Origin: Paenibacillus suaedae
GTDB taxonomy: Bacteria > Bacillota > Bacilli > Paenibacillales > Paenibacillaceae
Length of the DNA: 64,000 bases
NCBI RefSeq assembly: GCF_032337355.1
Contig: NZ_JAVYAA010000001.1
Coordinates: 1,253,905-1,317,904 of the forward strand
Direction: 5' to 3'
Under the pieces are notes generated by a model. The model had not been told where the DNA came from, did not search any database, and saw only the letters and a program-made list of their open reading frames with translations. Made by a program: the position numbers and the translations under genes. Below, piece by piece: positions 1 through 9,848 of the stretch (positions are counted from its first letter, which is position 1; the number at the start of each line of letters is the position of its first letter).

Positions 1-109
1 TCAGAATCTCCAACCCGTTATTGCTCTTGCCTTCATTGCCAGTAGGCTTCCATGTAATGTACAATGATCCGTTCCGCGCAATTGTTGTTGGGGGGAGTAT
101 TGGTATTGG

Positions 110-1444
110 CTAACTGCGGAACAACTGCAAGGGATCAACCCGGTATACCTTCCATGCGGGTCCGATTGATGCAAGGAATCCTACTATCAATGCACCAAGA
201 ACCAGTTGAATCTCTCCTGGTGCAATCCGAAGCGCATCGACATGTACGCCGCTCCATTCCAAGATGGAGCTTGCGCTGAACGATGTCGCGAGATGTCCAA
301 GGAACAAGCCAAGAATAGCGCCAATTCCCGTTAGGAACATGCCTTCTCCGATTAAGATCGTCCATACATACAACCGTGACTTGCCAATTAGCCGCATAAG
401 GCCGACGTCTTTCTTGCGCTCTGTCACGACGGATGTGAGCGATAGCAAGAGGGTGATTGCGGCCAGCAGAACACAGAGGAGCGATACGAACTGCACGAGC
501 TCCGTTCCACGATCCACTACATTGACGACATCCGCTACGGCTTTGCTCGTATATACCGCCTGCACATCGGCACGCTGATTAAATTTGTTCTTTATTGCTT
601 GTGCGCCGAGCAGGGACTTAGGTTGTACGAGAATGGCTGTAATCATCTTATCTTCTTCGTGTGTAATGCCATGTACATGCCAGGCGTAATCGAGTGTCGT
701 GAAGACAGCGCGATCGTCCGCTGTTCCGAGTGTAGGAAGAATGCCTACGATTCGATAATCGAAGTGCTCATGATCATGATGCGATTCGTCGGACTCATTG
801 GAATGCTCTGATCCTGCTTCTTCCGCTGCTTCTACTTGCTGTTCAGAGTGTGTTTCTTGATGCTGATCATTAGAAGATGCCTCCGAACCTGAATCCGAAC
901 CCGATTTCTCATTAGTAGGGTTGTCAAAGGAATGACTGCCACTATTCACAAGGCCATGATTGCCGTGGAACGTATCGCCAACACGCAGACCAAGCTGACT
1001 AGCCACATGCGAGCCGATGACGGCTTCCCCAGTCTTCGCATACATGCCGCCTGCCTTCATACTTTGATCCCCGTAGCGCGTATAGAAGTAGGCTGCATCC
1101 ATGCCGACGATTGGATATCCTTGATAGGAGTCGCCGGCCGTCATCGCATACGCATGAGCAACCTCTGATTCCTTCAGCACATCATGCAGAACCTGTTGAG
1201 GGATGTTCTGGGCAGGAGTGCCGACTCGATAGTAGGTATTCAGCACAAGCTGTGTGGAGCTTCCTTTGGAACCGAGTGTTAATTCGAAGGGGCCATAGCC
1301 CTTCTCAGCACCGTGCTCGATTCCCGCACGAACCTGAAGGAGTACGAGTAGAAGCGCGATGGTAATCGCAATCGATACAATGGTAAGGAGGGAGAGCGTC
1401 TTCCGATGCATCATGTTGCGCCACAGTAGTTGGAACACACTCAT
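110..1444 (-). CDS. ABC transporter permease, FtsX/MacB-like, with an acidic His/Asp/Glu/Ser-rich low-complexity insert in the extracytoplasmic domain
   Basis: 444-aa ORF with N- and C-terminal TM segments typical of the FtsX fold. It overlaps the upstream ATPase gene by 4 nt (ATGA coupling). Confidence 0.7.
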   Translation of the reverse strand: MSVFQLLWRNMMHRKTLSLLTIVSIAITIALLLVLLQVRAGIEHGAEKGYGPFELTLGSKGSSTQLVLNTYYRVGTPAQNIPQQVLHDVLKESEVAHAYAMTAGDSYQGYPIVGMDAAYFYTRYGDQSMKAGGMYAKTGEAVIGSHVASQLGLRVGDTFHGNHGLVNSGSHSFDNPTNEKSGSDSGSEASSNDQHQETHSEQQVEAAEEAGSEHSNESDESHHDHEHFDYRIVGILPTLGTADDRAVFTTLDYAWHVHGITHEEDKMITAILVQPKSLLGAQAIKNKFNQRADVQAVYTSKAVADVVNVVDRGTELVQFVSLLCVLLAAITLLLSLTSVVTERKKDVGLMRLIGKSRLYVWTILIGEGMFLTGIGAILGLFLGHLATSFSASSILEWSGVHVDALRIAPGEIQLVLGALIVGFLASIGPAWKVYRVDPLQLFRS

Positions 1445-2169
1445 GTTGCTGCTCCCTCCATAAGCCGCATGCTGTTCATACTGCTCTTTTCAGCCGGATA
1501 AGGATGTACAGCAAGTCGATTAATGGCGGAGATATGAAGCTGCATCGGGTACTGTGAAGCCAAGTGCTGGTCATGGGTGACTGTCAGCAAGGTTGAACCT
1601 TCCTCCTGTGCCAGTTGGAGAAGGAGATTCATCGTATATTGTGCCGTATCGTAATCGAGACTTCCGGTTGGCTCATCCGCTAGGAGAAGGGAAGGGCGAT
1701 TAATCAGGGCACGAATGATCGCAACCCGCTGCTGTTGACCTCTCGACAGCTGCCCTGGAAGATGATTCATACGATCCTGCAAGCCGACCCGCTCGAACCA
1801 TTGCAGAATATGCGAATGCCGTGCCCGTCCATGCAAGCTGCCATCGTAGACCAGCTCAATATTTTGCTTCGCAGATAGGGAAGAGATGAGATGGAAGTCC
1901 TGAAAAATAATGCCCACATTCTTTGAGCGAAAGTGGTCACGTTCCAGCTCTGTCATCTGGTGCAGAGGTTCATTGCCGACCTTACAGGTTCCTTCATCTG
2001 GAGCGAGTACGCCGCACAGCAGGTATAACAACGTGCTCTTGCCGCTGCCGCTAGGGCCAAGCAGTGCAATTCGATCTCCTTGTGCAACATGCCAATGTGG
2101 AATATCGAGAATGGGAAGAAGCTGCTGTTGATTCCGATAGGACTTGCGTACCTGATGAAGCTGTATCAT
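1441..2169 (-). CDS. ABC transporter ATP-binding protein
   Basis: Walker [13 protein letters not shown] signature [15 protein letters not shown] and Walker B LLLADEPT are all present. Confidence 0.9.
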   Translation of the reverse strand: MIQLHQVRKSYRNQQQLLPILDIPHWHVAQGDRIALLGPSGSGKSTLLYLLCGVLAPDEGTCKVGNEPLHQMTELERDHFRSKNVGIIFQDFHLISSLSAKQNIELVYDGSLHGRARHSHILQWFERVGLQDRMNHLPGQLSRGQQQRVAIIRALINRPSLLLADEPTGSLDYDTAQYTMNLLLQLAQEEGSTLLTVTHDQHLASQYPMQLHISAINRLAVHPYPAEKSSMNSMRLMEGAAT

Positions 2170-2243
2170 AGAATCACCTCATTTAGTAAGGAAAAGGCAG
2201 GATGACACTGTCACCCCACCCGTTCTCATTCGAATCGATTTGA

Positions 2244-3983
2244 TTATTTCAAAATGATGCGCTCAGACAAGGAATCCCACTTCAATGCTTTGCCAGTCAG
2301 CTTGCTGAATGCGTCAAGATCCACGTAGAGGACATTGCGATCCAATTCTGCTGGAATCGAAACCGCTTTGCCGTTCAATGTAACGGAAGATCCGTCTTGA
2401 ACCTTCAATGTCGCCTTGTCTTTCGTAAATGTAGTCGTCTTCGATGCGCTATCATTCGTTACTTTAATTTGCAGTGCTTGTGCCAGCTTCAGGGCAGGGA
2501 AGAGAACCTTGCCATCACGGCTTACCTTGAATTTCGGATACAAGTGCTTGCTTTGCAGCTCGGCAGTTGCTTTCTTCAGATCCAAGCCTTGCACTTTCGC
2601 GATGCTTGTCGCAATTGCTGTGTTATCAATTTGACCTTTTACATATTCCGTAATTGGACCATACGCCCATACGCCTACATCTACCGCAGAGTGGCCGTGT
2701 CCAGACCAGCCCACCAAGTAGCGCTTCGCCATCACTTGATTGAATGCGCCTTCTTGCTTATAGGAAGAACCGTCGCCTTGCATGATGTATTGAGCTTCTT
2801 CATCGGTGATATCTGTGAAGCCTGTATGCTTCTTGATTAACGCCTTCACTTCGTCAGTGGATGCAGCTTTTGCAAGCTGTGGCCCAAGCAGCTCAGAGGA
2901 GATTTTTTGCTTGTCCCAAGTATCTACATTTAGTTCATAGATGTTGTCACGGGACAGGGAGAAGCCGCCTGTCTCATGATCGGCTGTAATTACGATGGAA
3001 GTGTTGCCGTCCTTCTTCGCGAAATCAAGAGCAACCTTCACTGCTGCATCGAAATCAAGCGTCTCTTGAATCATGGCGCCCAGATCATTCGCGTGGCCTG
3101 CATGGTCGATACGTCCGCCTTCAATCATCATCGTGAAGCCTTTTGGATTCGTAGAGAGAGACTTAATTGCTGCAGCCGTCATGTCTGCAAGGCTTGGAGT
3201 CTCAGGCTTGCGATCAAGCACGTAGTCTACATGGGAATCGTGGAAGAGGCCAAGAACCTTGCCGTTTTTCGATGTTAACGATTGCAGGCCCTTTTTGTCG
3301 TATACAACTTTATAGCCTTTTTTCTCGAAATCAGGAATGATTGTCTTGTCTTCGCGCTTGCCTTTCTCCTGCTTGCTTACGAATTGACGCTTGCCGCCTC
3401 CGAGCAGAACGTCAACTGCGCCTGACTCTAAATATTGGGATGCGATGGCATTTTCATTGTCGCGATTGCGAACATGGGATGCATATACCGCAGGTGTCGC
3501 ATGTGTAATACGAGCTGTCGTTACAAGACCAGTTGACTTGCCAACAGCCTTAGAAGCTTCGATTACGGAAGCGAATGGCTTCGAGATATCTTCATTTGAT
3601 ACGCTGATTGCAGCGTTGTATGTTTTGTTGCCTGTTGCAAATGCAGTACCTGCAGATGCAGAGTCTGTTACTTCACCGGATACGATCGTATCTCCGTCTT
3701 CGCCCTTGTCAGCGAAGGTTGTTGCTTGGCCCACATACAGGCTGTCCATATATAAGGATGGACGCTTCAGCTTGTTCTTGGAGTAGATTCGTGCGGCAGA
3801 TACTTGAGCAGGACCCATGCCGTCACCGATAAGGACGATGAGATTTTTCGAAGTAGGTTCTGGTTTTGCTGCACCCTTAGCGAGTACTGCATCGGATTGC
3901 ATAGCTCCGAATGGCAGCATGAGAAGTGCCAGCGTCGTCACCAGCGACTTGCGTAACATTTTATTCAACCGAAATCCCTCCAA
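2244..3983 (-). CDS. secreted alkaline phosphatase (PhoA family) with C-terminal copper-amine-oxidase-N-like stalk domain
   Basis: Signal peptide, DGMGP motif, active-site TDSASAGTA motif and metal-ligand DHAGH are present. The C-terminal region resembles stalk-domain repeats of other proteins in this window. Confidence 0.8.
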   Translation of the reverse strand: MEGFRLNKMLRKSLVTTLALLMLPFGAMQSDAVLAKGAAKPEPTSKNLIVLIGDGMGPAQVSAARIYSKNKLKRPSLYMDSLYVGQATTFADKGEDGDTIVSGEVTDSASAGTAFATGNKTYNAAISVSNEDISKPFASVIEASKAVGKSTGLVTTARITHATPAVYASHVRNRDNENAIASQYLESGAVDVLLGGGKRQFVSKQEKGKREDKTIIPDFEKKGYKVVYDKKGLQSLTSKNGKVLGLFHDSHVDYVLDRKPETPSLADMTAAAIKSLSTNPKGFTMMIEGGRIDHAGHANDLGAMIQETLDFDAAVKVALDFAKKDGNTSIVITADHETGGFSLSRDNIYELNVDTWDKQKISSELLGPQLAKAASTDEVKALIKKHTGFTDITDEEAQYIMQGDGSSYKQEGAFNQVMAKRYLVGWSGHGHSAVDVGVWAYGPITEYVKGQIDNTAIATSIAKVQGLDLKKATAELQSKHLYPKFKVSRDGKVLFPALKLAQALQIKVTNDSASKTTTFTKDKATLKVQDGSSVTLNGKAVSIPAELDRNVLYVDLDAFSKLTGKALKWDSLSERIILK

Positions 3984-4330
3984 CCAAGTATGTAATTTAC
4001 ATGTTTATTGTAGTCAAGGATTGTTAGCGATTGTGTAAATAAATGTAATTGGAAAATCAAATAGACTTGTATATTTTGTAAATCACCCCTATTGCGATCT
4101 TTGATACGCCTATGTCCGGCCTGAATAGCAGTAGGTTATAAGATTCGCTTTTATGAGTAGATTTAGCAAATGAAATGCTGCATGTGTCGGTATGGGCTGC
4201 TAGTTGTGAGTAATCGAATAGAAATGGGACGTAAGACCTGTAATGATAATCAGGTAGTCCATTGATTGTTTATCGTATAATACCTATACTTGGTAATGAT
4301 TTGGTAAAAAAGCGGGAGGAGAACGACATC

Positions 4331-4939
4331 ATGGAGCGCTTTATAGATCCCCTTGGCCTTCCTTTTGGATTTTATGCGATATTGCGTCGGAACGAGCAGG
4401 TTGCCGTGAAGTGCCCGAAATGCACTGGCTTGGCCTACATCTCTAAAGGGGAGCAGGGAGTCGTAGTGAACTGCACGGCATGCTTCCATCAAGAGAAGGA
4501 ACCGGAAGCTTATCGGTATACAGCCAGCGGAATGTGCACGGTGTGCGAGAGATGGTTCAATGAAGAGGTTACCGATCACAAGCAGCAGACACATAAGGCA
4601 GTGCATATCGCATGCCCGCATTGCTCAGCTGTGAATCAAGTGCCTATACGTAAGATTGCGGCCTATTCAGGCTGCTACTTGGATTTTCGAAATGAACGGG
4701 ACCCGATCTTTCAATTGGAGATGTACTACTTGGATTATTTCCGCGGGAAGCCTGTATGGGCAGCCAATAGAGAGCATCTGAACTATTTGATCAGCTACAT
4801 ATCGGCAGAACTGCGTGAGAAGCCAGCTACTGTCATCAAGCGCACGGCTTCACACTCGCTGCCCAAATATATGAAAGAAGCGAAGAACCGAGAAGCTATC
4901 GTGAAGCTGCTTCATAAGCTGCAGCGTATAGATAGGTAA
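4331..4939 (+). CDS. hypothetical protein with two CxxC...CxxC zinc-ribbon motifs
   Basis: RBS GGGAGGAG sits 9 nt before ATG 4331; the tracked ATG 4262 lacks an RBS. Cys pairs are CPKC/CTAC and CTVC/CPHC. Confidence 0.5.
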   Translation: MERFIDPLGLPFGFYAILRRNEQVAVKCPKCTGLAYISKGEQGVVVNCTACFHQEKEPEAYRYTASGMCTVCERWFNEEVTDHKQQTHKAVHIACPHCSAVNQVPIRKIAAYSGCYLDFRNERDPIFQLEMYYLDYFRGKPVWAANREHLNYLISYISAELREKPATVIKRTASHSLPKYMKEAKNREAIVKLLHKLQRIDR

Positions 4940-4956
4940 TTGGATAAGGAGGCATC

Positions 4957-5613
4957 ATGAGCAAACTCAAGCTTAAATTGGCTATTGCGCTAGTCATTAT
5001 TGTTATTCTGAGCATTCCTGCTTACTTTATTGGCCGTACATTTGGTGTGTTCCAAGGCGAGGTCGTCTTAAGCAAGTATGCGTTAGCGATTGAGAAGGAC
5101 GGCAAAAGGTATAATGCATGGCCTCTTCTTAACTATAATTCCGCAATGGATAAGAAGGGAGAAGAGCGGCAGTTCTATTATCGGGTAGATACGGGAGACT
5201 TGGATGAATTGTTTATGCTGGCGTATGGCCAATATGAGGTGAAGTCCTCTGAGGAGAACCCCTTTTTAGACGGCAAAGTTCAGTATGATAACGAGCGTGT
5301 ACATGCGTATATCAAAACAGTTCCGAAGTTTGAAAATGCGAATGACTACACGAATATGTATGAATTTTTCGATGACAAAGGAAATCATGTATATACCTAT
5401 GATCCGTCCGCTCCCATGGACACGGATTATGTGAAGGATATTATTCATGCTGGCATGTCGCGGACATCGGCAGGTGGGGGAACTACGGAGGCCGTCGATC
5501 GTTACATCAATGTGACGAAGCTGTTCAAGGACAAATTAGATATTACGGTAAAGCTAAAAGTTGACGATGATAATCGTATTGTAACGATCGTGATGACACG
5601 AGACAGGACGTGA
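4957..5613 (+). CDS. hypothetical membrane-anchored protein
   Basis: Perfect RBS AAGGAGG, N-terminal TM helix, and tight spacing in an apparent operon. Confidence 0.55.
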   Translation: MSKLKLKLAIALVIIVILSIPAYFIGRTFGVFQGEVVLSKYALAIEKDGKRYNAWPLLNYNSAMDKKGEERQFYYRVDTGDLDELFMLAYGQYEVKSSEENPFLDGKVQYDNERVHAYIKTVPKFENANDYTNMYEFFDDKGNHVYTYDPSAPMDTDYVKDIIHAGMSRTSAGGGTTEAVDRYINVTKLFKDKLDITVKLKVDDDNRIVTIVMTRDRT

Positions 5614-6179
5614 TGATAGTGACGAATCAGAGTGAATGCAGACAAGGACCTGCTTATTTGGATGGCATTGCAATCCCAGAGAAGCCTGCGGCATGGCACG
5701 AGGTAGAATGGACAGGAAGGCTGGCTATTGATGGTGGAGCGAAGAGGTTCCATATTTTCTATTATGGGGAGCTTATGGACGATCTGATAGCGTCGACGGA
5801 CTTTGCACCACCGCTCATTCTTGCAGAAGATCCAGCAACAGGGAAGCGCTACGTGCTGTTCGATGGATGCAAGCATGGATATGATGCGATGCTGTGCGAT
5901 GCGTTCACTGCGGAGCAGCATAATGAACGGAAGCCGCTGCTTCCTTATGTAGATGGGGACGGAGAGGATGTATTCGAAGTATTCGTAACCGTCTATTACA
6001 ATGTCGACTGGGACGACGAATTCGAAGAAGAAGTGGATGAGGACGGGAAGCTGGAGCTGATAAGCGGGGAGAAATGCGACTTCGATGAAGCGAAGCGCAA
6101 TGGATACGACGCGATCAGTATCACAATCGTGAACTCGCGCGGACGCAAGACGGAAATTGCTCAAGAAGAGCTGGCCTAG
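5610..6179 (+). CDS. hypothetical acidic protein
   Basis: GTG start overlaps the upstream stop (GTGA). The C-terminus is highly acidic. Confidence 0.5.
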   Translation: MMIVTNQSECRQGPAYLDGIAIPEKPAAWHEVEWTGRLAIDGGAKRFHIFYYGELMDDLIASTDFAPPLILAEDPATGKRYVLFDGCKHGYDAMLCDAFTAEQHNERKPLLPYVDGDGEDVFEVFVTVYYNVDWDDEFEEEVDEDGKLELISGEKCDFDEAKRNGYDAISITIVNSRGRKTEIAQEELA

Positions 6180-6204
6180 CCAGGATAAGTAGAGAGTAGC
6201 GGCC

Positions 6205-6492
6205 ATGAGAAAATCAACGGTTTGTGTACTGCTGGCATTCCTTTTCGCTGTGGGAGTACTGGTCGGTGGGGGAAGTTATTATTTGCTGTTGCAGCCCTCC
6301 GTTCAGGATATGTTTTTGACTCGGCCGTTTATGATCGTGCTGTTTATCGGCTGTGTTATCGGGATCGTGGCCTTGGTCGGGAGCATGGTGAAAAGGTTTT
6401 TAGGTTCGGAGTTGTTTATGTTGTTTTTAATCGGGATTGTGCTCGGATTCGCAGGGATCTGGATTTGGGTGATGACGGGCATGTCGACGTAA
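6205..6492 (+). CDS. small integral membrane protein (3 TM)
   Basis: Hydrophobic 95-aa ORF directly following the operon. Confidence 0.4.
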   Translation: MRKSTVCVLLAFLFAVGVLVGGGSYYLLLQPSVQDMFLTRPFMIVLFIGCVIGIVALVGSMVKRFLGSELFMLFLIGIVLGFAGIWIWVMTGMST

Positions 6493-6680
6493 TTCGCTAG
6501 GATGAACCATGGTCTAGTACATGCATATATGTGAGTATGGACAAGCGGTTTAGTAAAAAATGGAGATAACCTTCTGTGCAACCTTTCGATCGAGTGTCCC
6601 GTCTGAGTGTGTGAATCAGCTGAGATATCATTGCGCAATGCGTCAACACCAACGAACCATTCGAGAGGAAGTAGACACCT

Positions 6681-8045
6681 ATGAAGAAGACAACCATTGC
6701 AACTACCGTAGCATTAGCTCTTGGATTGATGGGCGCACAAGCGTATGCAGCCCCGGCGACACAACCAGTCGACACGAAGGCTGTTGCAACGAACATGGAA
6801 GTGAAAGACTTGGGCACGAATTTCTACGACAAATATGTGAAGCAGTTCGTATATAACGAGAATGGCGATATTGTAGGGATAAAACTTAGCGCTTCTCTGG
6901 ATACAACATGGGTACATAACGTCGGCGCACAAGAGTCGGTTACGATTAACGGCAAAAAAGCGTCCGGACAAGTGATGGTAGATGGAAATCACATCCTCGT
7001 ACCATTCCGTGCGGTAACCGAAGGACTTGGCTACAAGCTCACATGGAATCAGGCAGAGAAATCGTCCACCGCGGTAAAAGGCGACAAGATGGTGACGGCT
7101 ATACTGAACAAAGATGAATACCGTCAAGCGGAGAACATTCTGCATCTTGGAAAAGCAGCATTGCTCAAGGAACAGACGTTGTATGTACCGCTGCAGTTCG
7201 TCTCCAATGTGCTGCATGCAGGTGTGACGATAGATGCCAACGGTCACATCGAGATTGAGAAAGACCAAGATCCACAAGACTCCTTCGATGGCATGCATTG
7301 GGTCATTGTCGTAAATGGCGAAGGCCTTGGCGTGGACAAGAAGGATGTGTACACGACCGAGCACAATGTCATGGTGCCCGTTGAAGAAATCGGCAAGGCG
7401 CTCGGCTACAAAGTCGAGAAGAACGAGAAGACTGGCGCATACGAGTTCTCCCGCGCTGCCAAGTGGATTGCACTGAAGGAAGGCGACACGAAAGCCTCAG
7501 TAGGCAAAATGCTCGTCGAACTGAAGGAAGCAGCAGCTGTAAAGAACGGCAAGCTGTACATGCCGGTTGACTCCCTTGGCGACGTCTTCGGCGTGAAGTT
7601 CGGCATCGACCCGACTGGCGTAATCGGTATTAGTGAAGGAACGGAAGGGAAAGAAGATCCAAACCAAATTCCACAGGATTCCTTCGGCGGCATGCACTGG
7701 GTACTTGTTGTAAACGGTGAAGGCCTCGGCGAGATATCCAAGGAAGTATTCACAACTGAACACAACGTCATGGTGCCAATCGAAGAGATCGGCAAGGCTC
7801 TGGGCTACAAAGTGGAAAAGAACGAGAAGACAGGCGCATACGAGTTCATGCGCGGAGCGAGATGGATTGCGTTGAAAGAAGGCGACAAGAGAGCATCTGT
7901 AGCTAGGATGTTCGTCGAGCTGAAGGAAGCACCAATCGTGAAGAACGGCAAGCTCTTCATGCCACTCGACTCCATGCAAGACGTCTTCGGCGCTAAGTTC
8001 GGCGTAGACCCGACAGGCGTTGTTGGGATTAGCGATAAAGAGTAG
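6681..8045 (+). CDS. secreted protein with copper amine oxidase N-terminal-like (stalk) domains; internal 130-aa tandem duplication
   Basis: RBS GAGGAAG, signal peptide (AQAYAA cleavage), and the motif GKLYMPVDSLGDVFG repeated. Confidence 0.7.
   Translation: MKKTTIATTVALALGLMGAQAYAAPATQPVDTKAVATNMEVKDLGTNFYDKYVKQFVYNENGDIVGIKLSASLDTTWVHNVGAQESVTINGKKASGQVMVDGNHILVPFRAVTEGLGYKLTWNQAEKSSTAVKGDKMVTAILNKDEYRQAENILHLGKAALLKEQTLYVPLQFVSNVLHAGVTIDANGHIEIEKDQDPQDSFDGMHWVIVVNGEGLGVDKKDVYTTEHNVMVPVEEIGKALGYKVEKNEKTGAYEFSRAAKWIALKEGDTKASVGKMLVELKEAAAVKNGKLYMPVDSLGDVFGVKFGIDPTGVIGISEGTEGKEDPNQIPQDSFGGMHWVLVVNGEGLGEISKEVFTTEHNVMVPIEEIGKALGYKVEKNEKTGAYEFMRGARWIALKEGDKRASVARMFVELKEAPIVKNGKLFMPLDSMQDVFGAKFGVDPTGVVGISDKE
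7264..8042 (+). repeat. intragenic tandem duplication (two roughly 390-bp units, about 80% aa identity)
   Basis: Residues DSFDGMHWVIVVNGEGLG...GVIGIS and DSFGGMHWVLVVNGEGLG...GVVGIS are duplicated head-to-tail. Confidence 0.8.
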
Positions 8046-8164
8046 GGTATTGGGTTATGGACTGAGGCTATCGCTTCAGTTTAGATATAAATAGATTAAA
8101 GAGATAAATAGATATAGAAAAAGTACAAAGTGAAGATAAAAGGTTAGAATTATAGGTAAGTCAA

Positions 8165-8217
8165 AAGACACGCTATCTGTTAGGGGAATACCCCTGCTGC
8201 TGGTGTGTCTTTTTTGT
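8165..8217 (+). terminator. rho-independent terminator
   Basis: Hairpin agacacgc...gtgtgtct with inner agggg/cccct, followed by TTTTTT. Confidence 0.6.
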
Positions 8218-8395
8218 GTTGGTACAGGGTATGGGAGCTATTTTAGGGTGAGGAGATAATGATTATTACAGGTGTGTCAAATAAATGGCAACAATTTCAT
8301 GGTAATTTTGTCCTGTAGGTTAGATAATTGGTATTAGGTATTTGCGAAGTATGCAAATATTCTCTAGGTGAAATAACCTTTTACAATAATAACAA

Positions 8396-9670
8396 ATGAA
8401 GAGGCTGATAACATTGCAATTAGAAAATTTCGCAGAAATTCTTAAAGTAATCTTTCCACGAAGTGAAGTTAAACATGATACAGATAAAATTATTTTCGAG
8501 TACAGAGGATTAGAAATTAAAATTGATCAAATTCAAATCTCTGAGTTATCAGATAGACTTTCAATTTTAGAACATAGGGAAAGTACATTGTTGTATTCCG
8601 ATAATTATTACGAAACTCTTGTTAGTTTTGAAGGCAGAAGAATTATGTCTCGATTTGAGAATAATTTTGATGTCGAGGATACTCAAAATAATATTAATTA
8701 TTTAATTGGTAAGGCTTCTGATGAATATATCCTATTTTTATTGCAAGTTCTTCATACAAACGATCTTCTAAGAGAATTTACCAGAAGAACATTTTATCCA
8801 TCACACATGTTGCAGGAACGCTTTGAGAGATCTGGTAGTACTAATGTTTTCGATTTTTTAAGGATTGGTTTAAGAAATTTATATACCTTAAAAATTACAA
8901 CTAGAGATTCAAAAAGCTATGCAGAATTCGAACGCTATAATAATTCATTCTTATTCCACTTGGCGTATAATTTTGATGCTTCAATTGTTGAAATTAAATT
9001 GCTTGAAGATTTTTTGAATTCTCAACGATTAGAACGAATTCGCAGGAATACTGACGAAGTAGATCCTCCTCGAAGAAGATATATTCCTGAACTTGTATAT
9101 CATTATCAAATGGCTGTTGCATCAGAAAGTCCATATCTACAATTTATATCTTACTATCATGTAATTGAGCACTTCTTCGAGAAGATTTATAATGAGGAGT
9201 TAGTCAAAGTTGTACAAGATACCGTTTCTAGTCCAAGCTTTTCACTTAAAAGAGAGAACGATATTAAGAAAGTTATTAGAGTAATTAACAACAAATTAAG
9301 AGCAAGACATGAGGAATATTCAATTAATGAAAGAGAAGCATTAGAGTTAACTTTAATCAAGTATATTGATTCAAATTCACTTAAAGAAAAACTAAAAGAG
9401 TATGATGACTCGTTACTTGATTTCTACCATGATAATGAAGTTGTCTTCTCAGGAGGAGCAACTATTAATTTTGATTCGCCACAAGAAAAAGAAATCCTAA
9501 AAAAAATATCTTCGAGAATTTATTCAACAAGAAATTCAATTGTCCATAGTAAGGAAAATGACAAATTAAAATATACGCCTTTCAAGCATGACAGGTATTT
9601 AATTAAAGAAATACCTTTAGTAAGATTTATTGCTGAAGAAATTATATTATCAAACTCAAAACTTTTGTAG
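8396..9670 (+). CDS. hypothetical protein with C-terminal HEPN-like Rx4H motif (RNSIVH); candidate Abi/defence RNase
   Basis: 424-aa ORF in a low-GC island. A C-terminal R-x4-H motif sits in a predicted helical region. Alternative TTG start at 8414 has RBS AAGAGG. Confidence 0.45.
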   Translation: MKRLITLQLENFAEILKVIFPRSEVKHDTDKIIFEYRGLEIKIDQIQISELSDRLSILEHRESTLLYSDNYYETLVSFEGRRIMSRFENNFDVEDTQNNINYLIGKASDEYILFLLQVLHTNDLLREFTRRTFYPSHMLQERFERSGSTNVFDFLRIGLRNLYTLKITTRDSKSYAEFERYNNSFLFHLAYNFDASIVEIKLLEDFLNSQRLERIRRNTDEVDPPRRRYIPELVYHYQMAVASESPYLQFISYYHVIEHFFEKIYNEELVKVVQDTVSSPSFSLKRENDIKKVIRVINNKLRARHEEYSINEREALELTLIKYIDSNSLKEKLKEYDDSLLDFYHDNEVVFSGGATINFDSPQEKEILKKISSRIYSTRNSIVHSKENDKLKYTPFKHDRYLIKEIPLVRFIAEEIILSNSKLL

Positions 9671-9786
9671 GAGTCTCAAGACGAAGGTACTTCACCAAAC
9701 ACTGTTTTTATGCTGCAAGCCTCACAGCTCTCGATCCATCAGAAGTATTTGCAAGGGAGTTGGGCAAACCGTACACACCCGACGTT

Positions 9787-9817
9787 GTCGGGTGTCGTGA
9801 ACACAAGAACGTTAGGC
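9787..9817 (+). promoter_or_regulatory. conserved leader motif copy 1 (degenerate) upstream of TIR gene
   Basis: gtcgggtgtcgtgaacacaagaacgtta shares the core cgggt-tcgt-ga-aca-agaacgtta with copies at 10880 and 11878. Confidence 0.45.
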
Positions 9818-9848
9818 TCATGCAAAACAACTATGGAGGGAATTAACA

